From a virus (taxonomy: Duplodnaviria > Heunggongvirae > Uroviricota > Caudoviricetes), in the IMG/VR virus record IMGVR_UViG_2651869724_000014: a stretch of 46,907 bases of DNA; one strand, written 5' to 3'. Position numbers and translations under genes: made by a program. A model generated the notes under the pieces. It had not been told where the DNA came from, did no database searches, and worked only from the letters and a program-made list of their open reading frames with translations. This document shows positions 34,908-43,482 of the stretch, in pieces; the stretch's first letter is position 1; each line of letters begins with the position of its first letter.

Positions 34908-35930
34908 TTAATTCCCTGTTATTATTTTGCTTAGAATTTCGTCAATATATTCGGTTGTAACTATAAACGCATTTTTACCAATCTCACTTCGAAATATTTG
35001 GCATTCATCACTATGAAATTTACTAATGAAAAAATCAAATGAACACTGTGCTATAGCCTTATTAATACCATCCACGTTTGGTTTATCTTCTGGATTTGGC
35101 GTTGCATAAAGTAGCGAATATGAATCTAATGGAATATATATACATTTTAAATCATCATTACTTTCATAGAATGGCTTAAACTTTCGTTCCCCAGACACTT
35201 CAAAGATTACAATACTATCTCCTAAAATCAAAGATTGATTTGTTTTCAATACTTTGTAATGCATATTCTTATAAATATTACTTTTCTTATCCTCAGATGA
35301 AACCAAAACATCTAACTGAACCTTTTTTACTATTTCAGGTATTTTTGATATTATTTCTTGCTCAAACTTCGGAACTAATGTTGATAGCATCTTTTCTGCA
35401 GCATTTGGTAGCCATAATTGAACGTTATCAAAAAACATGGAGTTATATTGCTCATGTAGACTTGCTGGTATTGGTAGTTTATTTAACTCATTTTGAAGTA
35501 ATTCTTTGATTGTTTTTGGATTTCTTTGGAAATAATCAATAAGAGTTTCCTTGTCTAGCAATCTGTTTTTTAATTGCTCACCAAAATATGCCCATGAATC
35601 TATCATGTTTTCTCTTAAGTTTTTTGTTCTAATCTCCATATGATAAATAAACTCGGCTAAATCTTTCCTGTTGTCTAGGTTGTAAGTCCCATCGACTAAA
35701 CTATTAAGTATGCGTGAATAACTGTATGTTTCGTTTTCTGTTATTTTTTTATCAACGCTTGAATCGCCATAGTGAGAATAAAACTTGTTTTCCAAACCAA
35801 TATTCTCTACTATCATGTTTTCCTTGAAACAATCTTTTCTATACCAGTTAGTAAAATACTTCCCATTTTTTTCGTTAGAAAAACCTCTTTGTAAAAAACG
35901 TGGAATAAAATGTTGCCTATTCCCTGCCAT
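34908..35930 (-). CDS. DUF4238-family protein
   Basis: N-terminal MAGNRQHFIPRFLQRGFS (DUF4238 signature H-[FY]-[IV]-P-x-F-x-L-x-x-F). GAGGAG RBS before the ATG at 35930. Confidence 0.75.
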   Translation of the reverse strand: MAGNRQHFIPRFLQRGFSNEKNGKYFTNWYRKDCFKENMIVENIGLENKFYSHYGDSSVDKKITENETYSYSRILNSLVDGTYNLDNRKDLAEFIYHMEIRTKNLRENMIDSWAYFGEQLKNRLLDKETLIDYFQRNPKTIKELLQNELNKLPIPASLHEQYNSMFFDNVQLWLPNAAEKMLSTLVPKFEQEIISKIPEIVKKVQLDVLVSSEDKKSNIYKNMHYKVLKTNQSLILGDSIVIFEVSGERKFKPFYESNDDLKCIYIPLDSYSLLYATPNPEDKPNVDGINKAIAQCSFDFFISKFHSDECQIFRSEIGKNAFIVTTEYIDEILSKIITGN

Positions 35931-35978
35931 TATCTTCTCCTCATAGCAAATAAATATGGACAATATATTACCAACATT

Positions 35979-36119
35979 CTAACTATCATCAATGATTAAA
36001 ACAGAGGAACAAAAGGATTCTCTCTCAGCGAATGGGAACAATGGAACAGCAGCGGTTTCTTCGTAATCGGACTGAAACCGTAGTATTGCATCGGAACAAA
36101 AAATTAACTTACCTTCCAT
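35979..36119 (-). CDS. Small 46-aa ORF between the 128-aa gene and the DUF4238 gene
   Basis: AGGAGGAGG about 8 nt upstream of the ATG. Peptide: MEGKLIFCSDAILRFQSDYEETAAVPLFPFAERESFCSSVLIIDDS. Hand-found, below the track cut-off. Confidence 0.35.
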   Translation of the reverse strand: MEGKLIFCSDAILRFQSDYEETAAVPLFPFAERESFCSSVLIIDDS

Positions 36120-36174
36120 CGCTCATCCTCCTCCTGTAGTTATCAGACTAAATATTTTACCAGAACATAGGTTG

Positions 36175-36561
36175 TTATCGCATTTTGATTTTTACTGATT
36201 CATATTCGTTGATGTGATCCTTAAAAGTGCTTATTGCTTTTAGCAATGACCTGTTAAGTAAACCATTAATCTCCTGTGATGTTTTCCCGTTTCTGACGAC
36301 CACTATATATCCAAGAGTCAGATCTTGTCTTATCATTGGATTCAATGGCTCTATACCTATGCTAATCCCCGTGTTTTTGTATTTAGCAACCGGATACCCA
36401 ACTGAACTATGGATAACAATATTGCCGCTATCTGCAAGCCTTGATAACATTCTGTCGCTGTATATCGTTTTTCTTAAATCCTGTAAAACAGGGATATAGT
36501 GTTTATCCATGTTTCCTGTCAAAGCTGTAGGCAAGTAGATTTTTGTTTTTATTTTTCGCAT
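36175..36561 (-). CDS. Hypothetical protein, first gene of the DUF4238 operon (128 aa; an alternative ATG at 36597 gives 140 aa)
   Basis: AGGA RBS before the ATG at 36561. No family recognised. Confidence 0.55.
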   Translation of the reverse strand: MRKIKTKIYLPTALTGNMDKHYIPVLQDLRKTIYSDRMLSRLADSGNIVIHSSVGYPVAKYKNTGISIGIEPLNPMIRQDLTLGYIVVVRNGKTSQEINGLLNRSLLKAISTFKDHINEYESVKIKMR

Positions 36562-36644
36562 GATATTTTTCCTGTTATTGTTTTTATTTAATACCATGCA
36601 ACTAATAATAATATCAAAAATATTTATTATATTTTATAGGTGTT

Positions 36645-36913
36645 TTATAACATCTGTGATTTTATAGTTTCTTCACTCATCTGTGTGAGTTCTGAAACCA
36701 GACGAATATAAATATTTTTCAACCTGTCTTTATCACAACGACGTACAGACTCTGATAACAGATAATGACTATAATTATTGACACAAATGTTGTTGCCGTT
36801 TTCAATAGTTAATTTCAATCCAAGTTCTGTATCTTCTACTTTTTTATAATACAGATCATAAATGGTGTTTTATCATGTGGATGGAAGAGTGTGATCATTT
36901 TGATATTGTTCAT
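36645..36913 (-). pseudogene. Possible frameshifted small gene (about 88 codons)
   Basis: MNNIKMITLFHPHDKTPFMICIIKK* continues in another frame as YKKVEDTELGLKLTIENGNNICVNNYSHYLLSESVRRCDKDRLKNIYIRLVSELTQMSEETIKSQML. The frame switches at an A/T homopolymer near 36838-36846. Confidence 0.3.
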
Positions 36914-37020
36914 TATATTTTTCTTTTATTATTTTATTACTACTTAATACTCTATCGTAAGTGTAAAAATCAAATATATCTGTGTTTTCCTCATGCTTTT
37001 ACTTATTATTTTTAAACTAC

Positions 37021-37318
37021 TTTTTGAAAAAATCTTTATCTCTGTGCTGACGCACGGCTACGCCCTGACACTGATATTTTTATTTTATTCATCTCCTGTC
37101 TTTTAAATAAAAAGAAAAGTACTCGATCATTGTTTGATCTCTTTTCCTCATGATGCTGAATTTAGATCCTATGTTTAAACATAGTTTTTCCCTTTAGACA
37201 TATAGCATTTGCTCTTAAACGTATAGGAAAACTATATCTTTGATAGCAGCACTTCGTGATTGTTGCGAACAATCACTCTGCTGAACAGGGCTTGTTCCTG
37301 TTAATGATGGATTTTTCA
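37021..37318. repeat. Non-coding repeat unit, copy 1
   Basis: Shares with 37497-37808 a GC-rich box (37042-37076), a palindrome (37169-37184), a promoter-like block and two hairpins (37247-37283, 37285-37301). Confidence 0.8.
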
Positions 37319-37496
37319 ATTAATGATTTTTTCCATATAAATTACTGCCTGTAATCAATTACAAGCGTTTTAAGTATGAAGATAGTTATATGTGTCACCT
37401 TCATGCTTCCAACGTCTTAGCAAGCTTCCTGTGCGGTTTATTAACAGCTTATAGAAAACTATTACTTATATTTATTCTTACCTGATACATTCAATT

Positions 37497-37808
37497 ATTT
37501 TTTTGAAAATACATACATTGTGCTGGCGCACGGCTACGCCCCTGATACTGGTATAAAAATATTTTCCTTGTTCATCTATAATGCATTAATGTTTTATCAG
37601 TGAAAAATAAATAGATCAGTATAAAGATTATTCCCTCCACCGAGTTAGAACTCAGATCTTATGCTTGAATATAACATCTTCCCTCTGACATATAGCATTT
37701 GCTCTTAAACACATAGGAAAACTATATCCTTAGTAGCAGCACTTCGTGATTGTTGCCAACAATCACTTTGCTGGACAGGGCTTGCCCCTGTTAATGATGG
37801 ATTTATCC
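37497..37808. repeat. Non-coding repeat unit, copy 2
   Basis: GC-rich box at 37518-37554. The block from 37681 onward is near-identical to copy 1. Hairpins at 37737-37773 and 37775-37791. Confidence 0.8.
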
Positions 37809-37875
37809 AAAAAAAGATCGCGTCGAAGACGCATATAAATTAAAAGGAATATTAATTAAGCTCTCACACTTAAAG

Positions 37876-37912
37876 CAGCGGTTCGTGATTGTTCGAAACA
37901 ATCACTTCGCTG
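37876..37912. repeat. Third copy of the 37-nt interrupted hairpin
   Basis: cagcg-gttc-gtgattgtt-cga-aacaatcac-tt-cgctg. The inner 9-bp stem is identical to copies 1 and 2, and the outer stem carries a compensatory A-T to G-C change. Confidence 0.75.
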
Positions 37913-38060
37913 ATAGCAGTTATTAAGGAATACAATGCCCCCTGTAAAACCACTAAAACATAACGCAAAAGTAAAGCTGGACTCTCTTAACTTCTTACTA
38001 ATTATTTAATTATAAGCATAGTCCCGGACCAGTAAAATCGCGGCTTCACAACTTTTTTTC

Positions 38061-38144
38061 CTATGTTCGAACATAGCAAACTCCTATGTTCAAACATAGA
38101 TCCGTCCTATGTTCGAACATAGCAAGATCTATGTTCGAACATAG
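38061..38144. promoter_or_regulatory. Array of four 16-bp palindromes CTATGTT(C/T)(G/A)AACATAG upstream of the winged-helix gene
   Basis: Sites at 38061-38076, 38084-38099, 38107-38122 and 38129-38144 (spacing 23, 23 and 22 bp). A fifth site lies at 37169-37184. Confidence 0.7.
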
Positions 38145-38268
38145 TTTTTTTAACATATAACATTGTCATAAGAATATACTTTCTATTTTATTTATAGTTC
38201 TACTATTGACTTTCACTTTTTTGCATAGTATTAAAATAGATATAACAAAAATAATAAGAGGGAATAAT

Positions 38269-39003
38269 ATGAATACACCAGATGCTGATCTATTACACTT
38301 ATTTGAATCATTAACTACCGAGCAAAAGATTGATATCGCAAGACGCTTACTACAAAACAAAGAAATAAAATCAACGACAGTTATTTCTTCTGAGGAAGAT
38401 AAAGCTATTTCGTTTTCACAACCTTATGTATTTGCTTTTACTTCCAACTTTCGTGTGTTCTCTGATCTTGACATATCCAAGAATGAATTCCGTGTATTAA
38501 CCTATATTTTGGAGTATATGGAGTTTGGAAATCTGATCAATCTTTCACAATCATCGCTGTGTAAAGCACTGAATATCGCCTCCGGTAATATGTCTAACAT
38601 TTTTAAAAAACTCAGACAGAAAGGAATACTTGTAGAGCATCATGGTCATCTCTATATCAACTCTAACATTTTCGCAAAAGGGATGAGTCATCAACTGGAT
38701 CAGAAACGTAAAGAACAGTTGAGCAACGCTCGCAATCTTTGCGCAGAAATAGAACAGTATCCAGAAAGTTATTCAGCTATGTCAAAAAGTGAAAGAAGAA
38801 CCCTATCCTTAGAAACTGAGACCAAAGAAATCTATACTGACGCATTTGTTTTCAGTAAGAAGAAAAAGAATAACGCTGTTCCTAATCCCAATAACAGCAT
38901 ACATATTGATAAACCACGAAAAGTATATAAAAGAACAAAGGAAAACGAGGAAGCAAGGAGGAACTCTGTTGACGCAGACTCTCATATGCAGAAAGTATCC
39001 TGA
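38269..39003 (+). CDS. Winged-helix DNA-binding protein (RepL/MarR-like; candidate replication/maintenance regulator)
   Basis: KNEFRVLTYILEYMEFGNLINLSQSSLCKALNIASGNMSNIFKKLRQKGILVEH. The ATG at 38269 has an upstream GAGGG. Confidence 0.65.
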   Translation: MNTPDADLLHLFESLTTEQKIDIARRLLQNKEIKSTTVISSEEDKAISFSQPYVFAFTSNFRVFSDLDISKNEFRVLTYILEYMEFGNLINLSQSSLCKALNIASGNMSNIFKKLRQKGILVEHHGHLYINSNIFAKGMSHQLDQKRKEQLSNARNLCAEIEQYPESYSAMSKSERRTLSLETETKEIYTDAFVFSKKKKNNAVPNPNNSIHIDKPRKVYKRTKENEEARRNSVDADSHMQKVS

Positions 39004-39030
39004 TAAAATAACAACAACAAGGAAATAACA

Positions 39031-39822
39031 ATGAAAAAACTACCCGGTTCGCTTGAGATTAAGCTCCACGAAAAACTATCCAAGAGTGATATACTAAATA
39101 TATTGGCTGAGCAGATGACCATGCTTGAGGAAACATTTGGCATTCAGGAGTTTAAGATTTTCTCTTATCTTGAATGCTATATTGGAGATAAGAAACAAGC
39201 ATTATATTACAGAAGTCGCAACAGTGCCGTAGCCACATTCAAATTAAAGGGTCTGGAATCCCCGGTAAACACGGCTAAGCTCATATCAAAAGAAAACGGA
39301 CAGCGTATTGTTTCCTTCGATAAAGAACTGGATATAGACAGAATATCTGCTACAGTCCGAAATATACAAAACAATAATCCTTATCAGGGGTGGTCTGAAG
39401 GTATCAGTGTTGTTCCTGCCTCAATCATTAGTAAAATAATTGAAGTGGATATAATACGCACGCAGGAAGAACAAGGCAGACTTTACCGTATTGAAGAACA
39501 GCGCAAGAAAGAAGAACAAATACGCAAAGCGAAAGAAAGAGAGGAGTATGAACGACCTTTAAAGGCTTTTATTTCTTCAAAAATAAAAGAAAGTGTTTTA
39601 TCTGAGAAGGATTTCAAAAAGCAGGTTTGTTCAAGCTGTGACTATCTGAAAGATCGCTCCACAAAATCAAGATACTTTACTGAACGACCTGACTTGTTAG
39701 AGAAACATTATAATGAAAGATTAATTCGTTTCTCGATAAAAGGCACTGATGGCAAAGTAGGAAAAATAGAGATTTATACAGATACAGGCGAGCTTATTTT
39801 TCAACGGTATAAAACCAAGTAA
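39031..39822 (+). CDS. Hypothetical protein with a charged coiled-coil segment
   Basis: Co-directional with and 27 nt after the wHTH gene. EEQGRLYRIEEQRKKEEQIRKAKEREEYE. Confidence 0.65.
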   Translation: MKKLPGSLEIKLHEKLSKSDILNILAEQMTMLEETFGIQEFKIFSYLECYIGDKKQALYYRSRNSAVATFKLKGLESPVNTAKLISKENGQRIVSFDKELDIDRISATVRNIQNNNPYQGWSEGISVVPASIISKIIEVDIIRTQEEQGRLYRIEEQRKKEEQIRKAKEREEYERPLKAFISSKIKESVLSEKDFKKQVCSSCDYLKDRSTKSRYFTERPDLLEKHYNERLIRFSIKGTDGKVGKIEIYTDTGELIFQRYKTK

Positions 39823-39907
39823 TGTTTTTATACCTATGCCAATTTGACACCTGAACTATATCTCGTAATGTAAATATATCCACTATTTTATCTACGAGGT
39901 ATTTCTT

Positions 39908-40387
39908 ATGAGAAAAGTAAAAACAGACAACAGTGATTTAATCGAATACATAAATACAATCAAAGAACTAAAAAACCATATTTCGATAGAAGAATACAGA
40001 AATGAATATCGCAAACTGCGTTCTGATGATATTCCATTGGTTAAGGCTCAGAAATTTAAATCTGCACATACCGAACTTCGCAGACTTGAAAAGAAGAGGG
40101 AATCTCTTATTGAATACTTTATTGATGAGTTAAATCCCATCAGCAGTTCAAAAGCTAACACATCAGCGAGATCAACTGGTAATCTCGATTTATTTAACGA
40201 ACGCGTGTTATACCGTAAGGCCATTTCAGAAAAGAGTGATGAAGAAATAGTAGCCTTAGTCATAAAACAACGCACAGAAGCCGCTGTTGAGTTCCAGCGT
40301 TCAATTGAACAGAGTCTTGAGCAACTATCTCGTATCTCGTCAAAGTTCGAACCAGCAAGCCAAAAGCGCAGGAAAATGTCTCTTTAA
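39908..40387 (+). CDS. Hypothetical helical protein
   Basis: ORF with a GAGG RBS. No family recognised. Confidence 0.65.
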   Translation: MRKVKTDNSDLIEYINTIKELKNHISIEEYRNEYRKLRSDDIPLVKAQKFKSAHTELRRLEKKRESLIEYFIDELNPISSSKANTSARSTGNLDLFNERVLYRKAISEKSDEEIVALVIKQRTEAAVEFQRSIEQSLEQLSRISSKFEPASQKRRKMSL

Positions 40388-40544
40388 ACGAGTCAATGTT
40401 ATTTTATGTGAAATGGGATGTATTAGATTGCTTATGCAATAATGTTTACTATATTATTTACTGACTGTTTTTTTTGATTTTTCCAACAGCACCGTAAGCA
40501 TTATTTTTATTAATCGCCCCTTTTAAAACACCGGATGGCATACT

Positions 40545-40949
40545 ATGAGTGAAGCTCTTAAGGCACTGAACAATATTCGTATACTTCGCGCACAGGCTCG
40601 TGAAACAGATCTGGCAACTCTGGAAGATATGCTGGAAAAACTCACCACAATCGTTGAAGATCGCCGTGAGGAAGAAAATTCAGCCCGTAAAGAACAAGAA
40701 GAACGTCAGGCTAAACTGGAAGCCTTCCGCCAGAAACTGCTAGAAGACGGTATCGATCCTACAGAACTACTCGCTTCAGTTGGTTCATCTCAACCTAAAG
40801 CAAAATCAACTCGTGCTCCTCGTCCAGCCAAATACAAATATACAAATGAAAACGGCAATGAGCAGACTTGGACGGGTCAGGGCCGTACTCCTAAAGCGAT
40901 CGCTGCTGCTATCGAAGCTGGTAAAACACTGGAAGACTTCGCGCTCTGA
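40545..40949 (+). CDS. H-NS family nucleoid protein (island-borne paralogue)
   Basis: [33 protein letters not shown] oligomerisation domain and the C-terminal [15 protein letters not shown]-binding motif. Confidence 0.9.
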   Translation: MSEALKALNNIRILRAQARETDLATLEDMLEKLTTIVEDRREEENSARKEQEERQAKLEAFRQKLLEDGIDPTELLASVGSSQPKAKSTRAPRPAKYKYTNENGNEQTWTGQGRTPKAIAAAIEAGKTLEDFAL

Positions 40950-41291
40950 TCGCAATAAAGCCGTCAATCTAATTTGGCGGTTTCAAATTAAAGAACCTTT
41001 GAGCCTGTCAGTAATTCTGTGTAACTGCCATCGTATTAAAGGTAATCGCTCAGTTCACCGAACTCATTTGAGCCCCAAAAAATCATCCTCCAACCTAACA
41101 TGACTGGCTACTTTCTCTCATTAGTTCTTGACCTAATAAACCTAATAGCAGATCATAAGCTTAGGTGACTACTTAGGATTACGCGGATTTTGTAGTCCTG
41201 TTATAATAATGTGTAATAAGCGCAACTTCTGTATTTTCTTAAAAATTATAAAGATAGCAACTGCTTAAAAGATGCTGTTATGCCTTAGGAG

Positions 41292-41930
41292 ATGAAAATG
41301 CAAACATTTAAAGATGTATTTATAGAACTTGGTGATAAGTCAATAATAGATTTTATTTCTAAGGTTACTGATAACGTTAAATCCTATTGGAGTCGATCAT
41401 ATGAAAGTGAGGAAAACTCAAAATATTTAGGCGAAATTGCTTTTAGCTTTAAAAGGTCAGGTGATAACAGATTACCTGATGCTGGTCTAAGTATTTTCCA
41501 GAAAGAAAATAATATTTGGTATATTCCTAATGTTGTACCTTTAGAAAAAGGACAGCTAAACTACGATGAATATAATACAATAATCACGGATTTTTATAAC
41601 TCGTGCTTAAAACCAGTTGCACTTGAGTTAAAAATTGATATTAAAATAACCTCGGATTCCTTAACTGCAGAAGATGTTGTAGGGGTTTACGCAGGAAAAC
41701 TATTAAAACAATTTTCATCTTTAGCGAATAAATCAACAGGAAGTTCACATCCAAATGATCAAGAAAGATGGTTTGCATTTATTGTAGAAACATGTAAAAA
41801 AGATAAATATGTGAATACTTCTGATCTTGTCCGAGTATTATGTGAACAAGGCTGGAGTGAAGATTCAGCACATAAGCTAGTTATAGAGTATGAGTTTGCA
41901 AGGGACTTAATCACGTACATGGAGCAATGA
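41292..41930 (+). CDS. Hypothetical protein, first gene of the PIN-like pair
   Basis: 212-aa ORF whose stop lies 3 nt before the next start. No family recognised. Confidence 0.65.
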   Translation: MKMQTFKDVFIELGDKSIIDFISKVTDNVKSYWSRSYESEENSKYLGEIAFSFKRSGDNRLPDAGLSIFQKENNIWYIPNVVPLEKGQLNYDEYNTIITDFYNSCLKPVALELKIDIKITSDSLTAEDVVGVYAGKLLKQFSSLANKSTGSSHPNDQERWFAFIVETCKKDKYVNTSDLVRVLCEQGWSEDSAHKLVIEYEFARDLITYMEQ

Positions 41931-41933
41931 ATC

Positions 41934-42644
41934 ATGTATTTATCAATAAGCAAAGTTAAAGATGAATTGTTGAAAGATGAACAACCAGTATTCTTCTTTG
42001 ATACGTGTTCAATATTAGATATATTAAATTCTATCCATTTACATGGATTGTCAGACTCTTATGCAAACAACATGCTTGAACTTATCAAAATTAACGGTAC
42101 GTCTTGTTGGTTAGTTTCCTGCCAAAACGTTAACGAGGAGTGGATTGATAATATTGATGCTGTTCTTTCCACTATGGATAAAGAAATAAAAAAACTAGAT
42201 CGTAGTATAAGTTCGACAATTAACGTGACCAACTTAGTCTTAAATACAAATTATTCTATGCCACCGAAATTTTCAGGCCTCAATATATCTAGTAAAATAA
42301 AGTCCTTATCAGAACATTTTCTAAAATCTTGTCAGTGTATTGAAAGGACTAATGATCATACGCTGAAAGCAATGCAAAGAGTTCGAAAACTTGAAGCACC
42401 AGCAAGGAAAGGAAAACTTGAGCCAAAAGATTGTGAAATTGTTGAATGCTTTTTAGAATTCTGTCAAGAACTAAGGAAGGCAGGTTTTAATGAAAAAATA
42501 ATATTCGTTACTGCAAATAAAGAAGATTTTGGCTCATACAATGCTCTAAAACCACCACTTGATATTCAATTTGCATCTCATCAAGCACTATTAATCAATA
42601 GTGTAGAACATGTACTTGCACTAGCGAAAAGACAGATAAAATAA
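41934..42644 (+). CDS. PIN-like (DUF4935-type) putative nuclease
   Basis: Acidic quartet in the PIN order: FFFDTCSILD, NVNEEW, PKDCEIVECF, FVTANKEDF. Confidence 0.55.
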   Translation: MYLSISKVKDELLKDEQPVFFFDTCSILDILNSIHLHGLSDSYANNMLELIKINGTSCWLVSCQNVNEEWIDNIDAVLSTMDKEIKKLDRSISSTINVTNLVLNTNYSMPPKFSGLNISSKIKSLSEHFLKSCQCIERTNDHTLKAMQRVRKLEAPARKGKLEPKDCEIVECFLEFCQELRKAGFNEKIIFVTANKEDFGSYNALKPPLDIQFASHQALLINSVEHVLALAKRQIK

Positions 42645-42874
42645 ATATCTAAGGCTTTAGCTTATTTTTCCTAATTTGGCAGAAATTTTTAGATCTATTA
42701 TTCTAAGCAGTTTCTGTCCAGAGATGAGTTATGTCGTTTATATGTATATTTTAGGATCAGGTCATGCTAGATAATAACCACGGTCAGATTTAGTCATTAG
42801 AAAGGCTTTAATACTCAAATCTGAGCTAATCAAACACAGAAAAATAGAAGATCAATTCTATGAGGCTAAGCTTC

Positions 42875-43129
42875 TTAAAATTTTTTTACTTTTGAAATCA
42901 ACCTTACCCACAAAGATTGTTTTTTATCCGTCGATGATGAACAAGGTTCATCGAGTTCACTTTGACCACTCCATAGAGCAAAAAAATCACCATTCTTGTT
43001 ATCTATGGAGAGTTCTTTATCATCATTAACAAGCTGGAGCCATTCTTCACTACTGATTGGAACACTTGCGCTATCGAACCAATGTTCCGTTCTTACTATG
43101 TGAAGCTCCCAGCCCATAACCACCTCCAT
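42875..43129 (-). CDS. Hypothetical protein
   Basis: ORF only. Confidence 0.45.
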   Translation of the reverse strand: MEVVMGWELHIVRTEHWFDSASVPISSEEWLQLVNDDKELSIDNKNGDFFALWSGQSELDEPCSSSTDKKQSLWVRLISKVKKF

Positions 43130-43166
43130 GTTTTTGATATAGATACGTTATTATACAGAACACTTA

Positions 43167-43409
43167 TCAGTCAATGAGATCTTCTGGCGAAACCCGGTCA
43201 CATGCCATTTTCTCAAGTAATCTTTGTGCTCTTTTCATTTTCAACTTACGCGCTTTTTTATCACCAATCTCCTGATAGTATTCTTCCCGACGTTCGTTAA
43301 CCACGCTCCTGAACTTTTTTAAAAGCTGTTCAAGTGTTTTGAGGTCAGTGGTTGCGGCTTCTGCTTGGATTTTTTTATACATATACATCACATGAAATTC
43401 ATCAATCAT
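43167..43409 (-). CDS. Truncated H-NS (H-NST-like: oligomerisation domain only)
   Basis: MIDEFHVMYMYKKIQAEAATTDLKTLEQLLKKFRSVVNERREEY aligns without gaps to the H-NS N-terminus. No DNA-binding domain. Confidence 0.7.
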   Translation of the reverse strand: MIDEFHVMYMYKKIQAEAATTDLKTLEQLLKKFRSVVNERREEYYQEIGDKKARKLKMKRAQRLLEKMACDRVSPEDLID

Positions 43410-43482
43410 TTTTTTGCTCCTTGGATAGACTAATAAGATTTGTTTTCAGCCCCAAGAAGGGGCCGATAGACACCAGAACATA

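Noticed and set aside
37021-38144. Possible CRISPR array or ToxI-like type III antitoxin repeats
   Set aside because: The units are about 480 bp apart and internally heterogeneous. There is no regular short repeat-spacer periodicity, no cas gene and no adjacent toxN/abiE-like gene. The 16-bp palindromes are 22-23 bp apart with non-unique 'spacers', which fits protein-binding sites better.
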